Assembly: GCF_009914755.1 (NCBI RefSeq)
Contig: NC_060930.1
DNA from: the human T2T-CHM13v2.0 reference genome, Homo sapiens
Length of the DNA: 64,000 nt
Direction: 5' to 3' (one strand)
Under the pieces are notes generated by a model. That model was not told the origin of the DNA. It made no database searches and saw only the letters and a program-made list of their open reading frames with translations. Each line of letters opens with the position of its first letter. Positions within the stretch are counted from its first letter, which is position 1. The translations under genes and the position numbers were made by a program. Shown piece by piece: positions 59,201 through 64,000 of the stretch.

Positions 59201-60568
59201 ATAAACTGGTTTGTTTTTGGTATTTCATTTTAAATTAAAATCATCCTGTAAACAAGACAAGGTAACCATGATGTTATCAGAACTTAAAGCACCATGAAAT
59301 TAGATCAAGATATAAGCAAAGTAATAGTTCATATTTTAAATGTAGGTACACTTGATTTGACTATTTAGACTGAAATAAACTAAAAAGTACTCAAGATAGT
59401 CAATAAAAAAGTGATTACTCTGGATGTTCCAAAATATATACCTGTGAAGAACTACTCAATAGCACCTTGCTAATGAAAACAATAATATCTCTAGTTTTAG
59501 AAGAAGACAATTAAGTAGCAGGAAAAAATAAAAAAGAATATAATTCAGGTTGATTGTTAACTAATATGGCAGTAGGGTCATATGATTCATTGTGGTCCAT
59601 ATAAATGACATTCCTACCAAATACAGCAAATCAACACCAAACAATCTTTCCAGACCATCAGATATGCCATATATTCATGCGATTATGGGGTTTTTGGGTA
59701 ATTCTAATGCCAAATTCTGTCAAAAATTAGGATAAATAAATAAGGAAGACTATATGACAATACCTCATAAATGTGGAAATGTGGTAAGAAAGACTGCTTT
59801 CCTTCTCTATGCTTACCTTTCTAAAACATGAATTACTCCTCGTCTAAAATGCTGCCATCTGCTCTCTTGGGACCTTCCCTTTCTTAAAATTCTCATCTTT
59901 ATCTGTTGCAACTACATACGAAATAACTTCCTTCCTTCCTATGCTCACCATGTATGCTCATGTCTTCAGTCCGTGGGTTTGTTCCCTTTCTCAATTATAC
60001 CACATCTTAGCTGTCTCCCCTGCCCCCATGACCTCTCTCCCTCACATATCTGCCTTCACACCCTATTTTGGGAATAACAACTGCATGATTTTAATTTGTC
60101 CAGAAATTTAAATTTAAATTTTCTAGAGACTTTAATTTTTCTAGAGACTTAAGTTTCAAAACATAATCCATATATATTGTGCCAATAGAATCTTATAAAT
60201 TATTTAAACGTATCTAACCTAGAGCATGCAAATAATTATTAGACTTAGAGCATTTAATGAAAATGCCAGCCATCTTTACCTGTGCTTAGGTAAGCTGCCA
60301 TAGAATGGTCTAATAATTATTTTGAACACCACTTACTATTAAACTAATTATACAAACTTCTTATGTTGTAGGTATAACTCACATATATCAGTTTTCTAGG
60401 TAGTATATTGCTGCTATACATTTCAGTCAATAGGCTTCTCAGGAGTAGTTAACTGCAGAACGTGTAGACACAGCACTGACTCCATCACAATTAAAAACAT
60501 CGTTTATGTAAAGGAAAGTTGTGCATGAAAGGTACAAGGAATCGCCCCAGAACTGGAACAATATGTAG

Positions 60569-60965
<397 letters not shown>

Positions 60966-62599
60966 TGATACATGAAAAAGTGGCCCTTACAATGTGAAAA
61001 TTGCATGGTTATTTAAAAATAAATTTTAAAAGATGTTATATTTCATGATTTAAGTTATTTACTCTTATGCCTCAGGTTTCTTTAGAACTCTCTACTAAAG
61101 AGAATATTCCAGAAAAGTTATTCTAAAATATACAAATTTCCTAAGAGCCTCCTGAAGTGAAATAAATTGTAATACAACTGCTTCAAAATATAATAATACA
61201 AATATAACATTTTTGGCTTCAAACATTGGGGCAACTGCAGACATTTACATATTTGAAACTAAATGTCTACTTTCCTCTTTTCCTAAATCTAGTAACCCCT
61301 AGGCATCTCTCCAGATGGAATAATCATGGAAAGAAAGTGAGCTTTGTTTGTTGTTCTGTTTTTGATTGAGCTGTCCGTTTTTCTGCTCCACGTATTCCTG
61401 CTTTCCTGAGAGAATAGTTGGGATATACTTTCAGAATAAAATATTTTCAACCTCTTTTGAATGTTTTAAGTCTCACCTCCAGGGCAATACTTTGTATGCA
61501 CAGAATCATAAAAAAAATAGGAAGAAAAAATGAGAATATAAAACAGGTAGAAGTCCAGAAACCACCCAACGCTTTAGACTGAAATATTTTGATAATAGCT
61601 TGTTTCATTCCTCACTTGTTCATACTCTTTGAATTTTAAATATTAAATTGGTAAAGGGGCTCTGTAGAATTATCTAGAATTAACATTTTGAAAGATATGC
61701 ATGTTGAAGGACAATAGCTGTGAATAATATTAACATTAAATTCCAAGAGAATTTAATTCTCTTAATTTACTAATGTACAATATCAACTGAAAGCATAATT
61801 AAATCTGTCTATGTCATAGATTTTTATAAAGATAATTTACTGTCTTAAAAAATCTCACAAGATTATTTTAGATAAAAATATTAGACTCCTAGTTGCAAGT
61901 AGAAATCATATTGAAAAGGAAAAAGTGAAAGATGTAAAAATTCTATCCTGCAACCATAACACTAACTAATGTGACTTTTAGTGGTTTAATTATTTTTTGA
62001 GTTTAAAAGGCCGTTTCTACTGCCAGGCTTCTGTGTACATACATGGATAACCACCTCCAGGATATTTTTAATAAATATAACCTACTACCAAGTTCTCCAA
62101 AACACAAGCAAATTGCATGACAATAATTAGCCTCACACTCAGTTCTGAATTTGATTCAGTTTCCTTCAGATTAATAATCTACTCAAGATTAATGATTAAA
62201 CAAGTCTCCTTGTACATACCTACAGAGGCTCCCAAAATTTCCTACAGGTAAACTCAAATTCCTACCAGTTTAAGAGATTTGACACTCAGAGCCCAGGCCT
62301 TCCCCTACCCTCTCCTTCTTTCTAGCCTTTTTGGAATTACGTGTTTGCTACTCATCTCATCCCAGGCGCTGTGAACCTACCTTGGTTTCAGGATAGAATC
62401 AGTCCTGGAGGCTGCTTTATTATCATAATTAAGTCTTTCAACCTGATAAGGCAAGTTCTCCTCTCTTGTTCTAAAATGTGTCTTGTTTACTCTGTGCTCT
62501 TTACTCCTTTACTCCTCTTTTTGAAGGTTAAATTTGATCATCAACTTTCACGAACAAGACGGCTAGGGATTTCACTTGAAAGTTTATAAATCAAAACCA

Positions 62600-63450
62600 G
62601 GACAATTGCCATCTTTAAGATACCAAATTCATTCATCTGTGAACATTATATATCTAGTCATTTATTCTGATTTATTTGTATTTCTTTCAAAAACATTTTG
62701 GAATTGTGATATACAGGTTTTACAACAAAGGTTTTAATATGTATTTGGTTTAAACACATACCTGGTTTCTCCTAGTACTTTATTGTTTTTGCTGCTAACT
62801 TGAATATTGTATTTTTCTCTTATGTTTGATCAGTTACTATTTCCAACTGAAATTTTGTCAAATGCTCTTATTACTATAAATATACACATTAATACGTATG
62901 TCCATTAATTATATATATAGCCATTACTTCACACACCCAAAATCAGTTATCTTTACTGCAAATGATATGATTACTATATGAAAATCAAAGAGAATACATA
63001 TTATAGATAATAAGTCATTTGCAGATATAGATAATTTTTGTATTCCTAATTATTTTTTATCATTTATTTTCCTTATTTTAGTACATTGGCTTAAATCTCC
63101 TCTGTAATGCTGAAACAGTGATGGGTACCTTGCTTGATTTTTTAAATTGATACTATTTCTAAGAGTTAATCATTAAATATGATATTCATGGTAAGTTTCT
63201 GGTAGATACCCTTTATGAGCTTTAGGTGGTTCCCATTTACTCTTAGTTTATAAAATTTTATTATAAGACAGTGTTTAGTTTTATCAATTTTTTTCTGTGT
63301 TCCTTAAGAAATATTTTTCTCCTCTAATCTGGTAACGTTCTGACTACGTTAATTCCCAGAGACTGAACTAATCTTTCAATTATTTCTGGTATAAACCTTA
63401 CTTGGTAATGTAATCATTCTTAAGAGATTCCATTTTGTAAGAGTGTAAAA
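62600..63450 (-). mobile_element. Old L1M (L1ME-like) ORF2-derived fragment
   Basis: ttctggtagataccctttat...ttcccatttactcttagttt...ctggtataaaccttacttggt. Confidence 0.65.
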
Positions 63451-64000
63451 TCAGTGACACTGAAACTATTTCTTGTTTTCCATGAGGATTTTTTTTCTTT
63501 TTTATATTTCCATGTATATTCATCTATGCTTTAAGGATTGTCTGAATCCAGAACCACTGCCCTTAACCTTTATTGTATAAGGATATTACTAATAGAAGTT
63601 AACAATTTTCCAAAGACATATCAAGGTAAAAATAAAAGCTTGCTGAAAGTATGCCAGACTGTAAGATTCTAGACAACATGGTCCATTTGTAGAGATCTTG
63701 CTTTTCTGAGGCCTACTAGTATTGAGATCCAGAACCCTACAAGCCTCTATGGGAAGTGGGGCAGGAATCTGAGCAAGATTATGCCTGATGGACTTAATTA
63801 TTTTGACTAATTAAGAGGCAATAACACTAGCTATGCAGGAAGAAACATGGTTTTGTAGGAAGCTTGAAGAGAGATGAACCTGAGAGCAGTAGTAACTGAA
63901 GGGAATGAGAGAGGCAGCATCAAGAACAAGAGCTTTGTCAAGTTCCACAGGAAACTGATGACCAAGTTCCATTTCTTTGAGCTAATTTGAGAATCCGCTT

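Noticed and set aside
59810-59832. Minus-strand ttttag|AAAG|gtaagc as a microexon or recursive splice site
   Set aside because: Weak pyrimidine tract, a 4-nt frameshifting exon, and not a true AG|GT junction; expected by chance in 27 kb.
60104-60150. aaatttaaatttaaattt palindrome and a short ttttctagagactt duplication
   Set aside because: Ordinary slippage products in AT-rich DNA.

Overview
Primate (very likely human) genomic DNA, AT-rich, CpG-poor and dense in repeats. The only protein-coding sequence I can support is the last two coding exons of HMGCLL1 (HMG-CoA lyase-like 1) on the minus strand: 37040-37165, carrying the GLGGCPY catalytic motif, and 33268-33369, encoding the C-terminus ...KVAQASFNA*. 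Neither exon appears in the supplied ORF track. A ~1.3 kb 3'UTR follows, with poly(A) signals near 31993-32004. Everything from 37166 to the end of the window is one long HMGCLL1 intron. From recalled human gene order at 6p12.1, the first ~100 bp should be the 3' end of the convergent GFRAL gene (AATAAA at 57-62), which makes ~100-31970 the intergenic spacer. The rest is Alus, a near-full-length Tigger1, solo LTRs (THE1, MST, MER31, MER50/83/84-like, MLT1), and L1M/L2/MIR/MER5 fragments. I found no credible previously undescribed biological system. The most notable oddities are a 287-bp templated duplication of a Tigger1/Alu junction, a leaky-context UGA-C stop with a 19-codon open extension in HMGCLL1, an in-frame alternative acceptor, and several candidate regulatory or cryptic-exon elements. 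Repeat subfamily names are recognised by eye from remembered consensus sequences and need RepeatMasker/Dfam confirmation.
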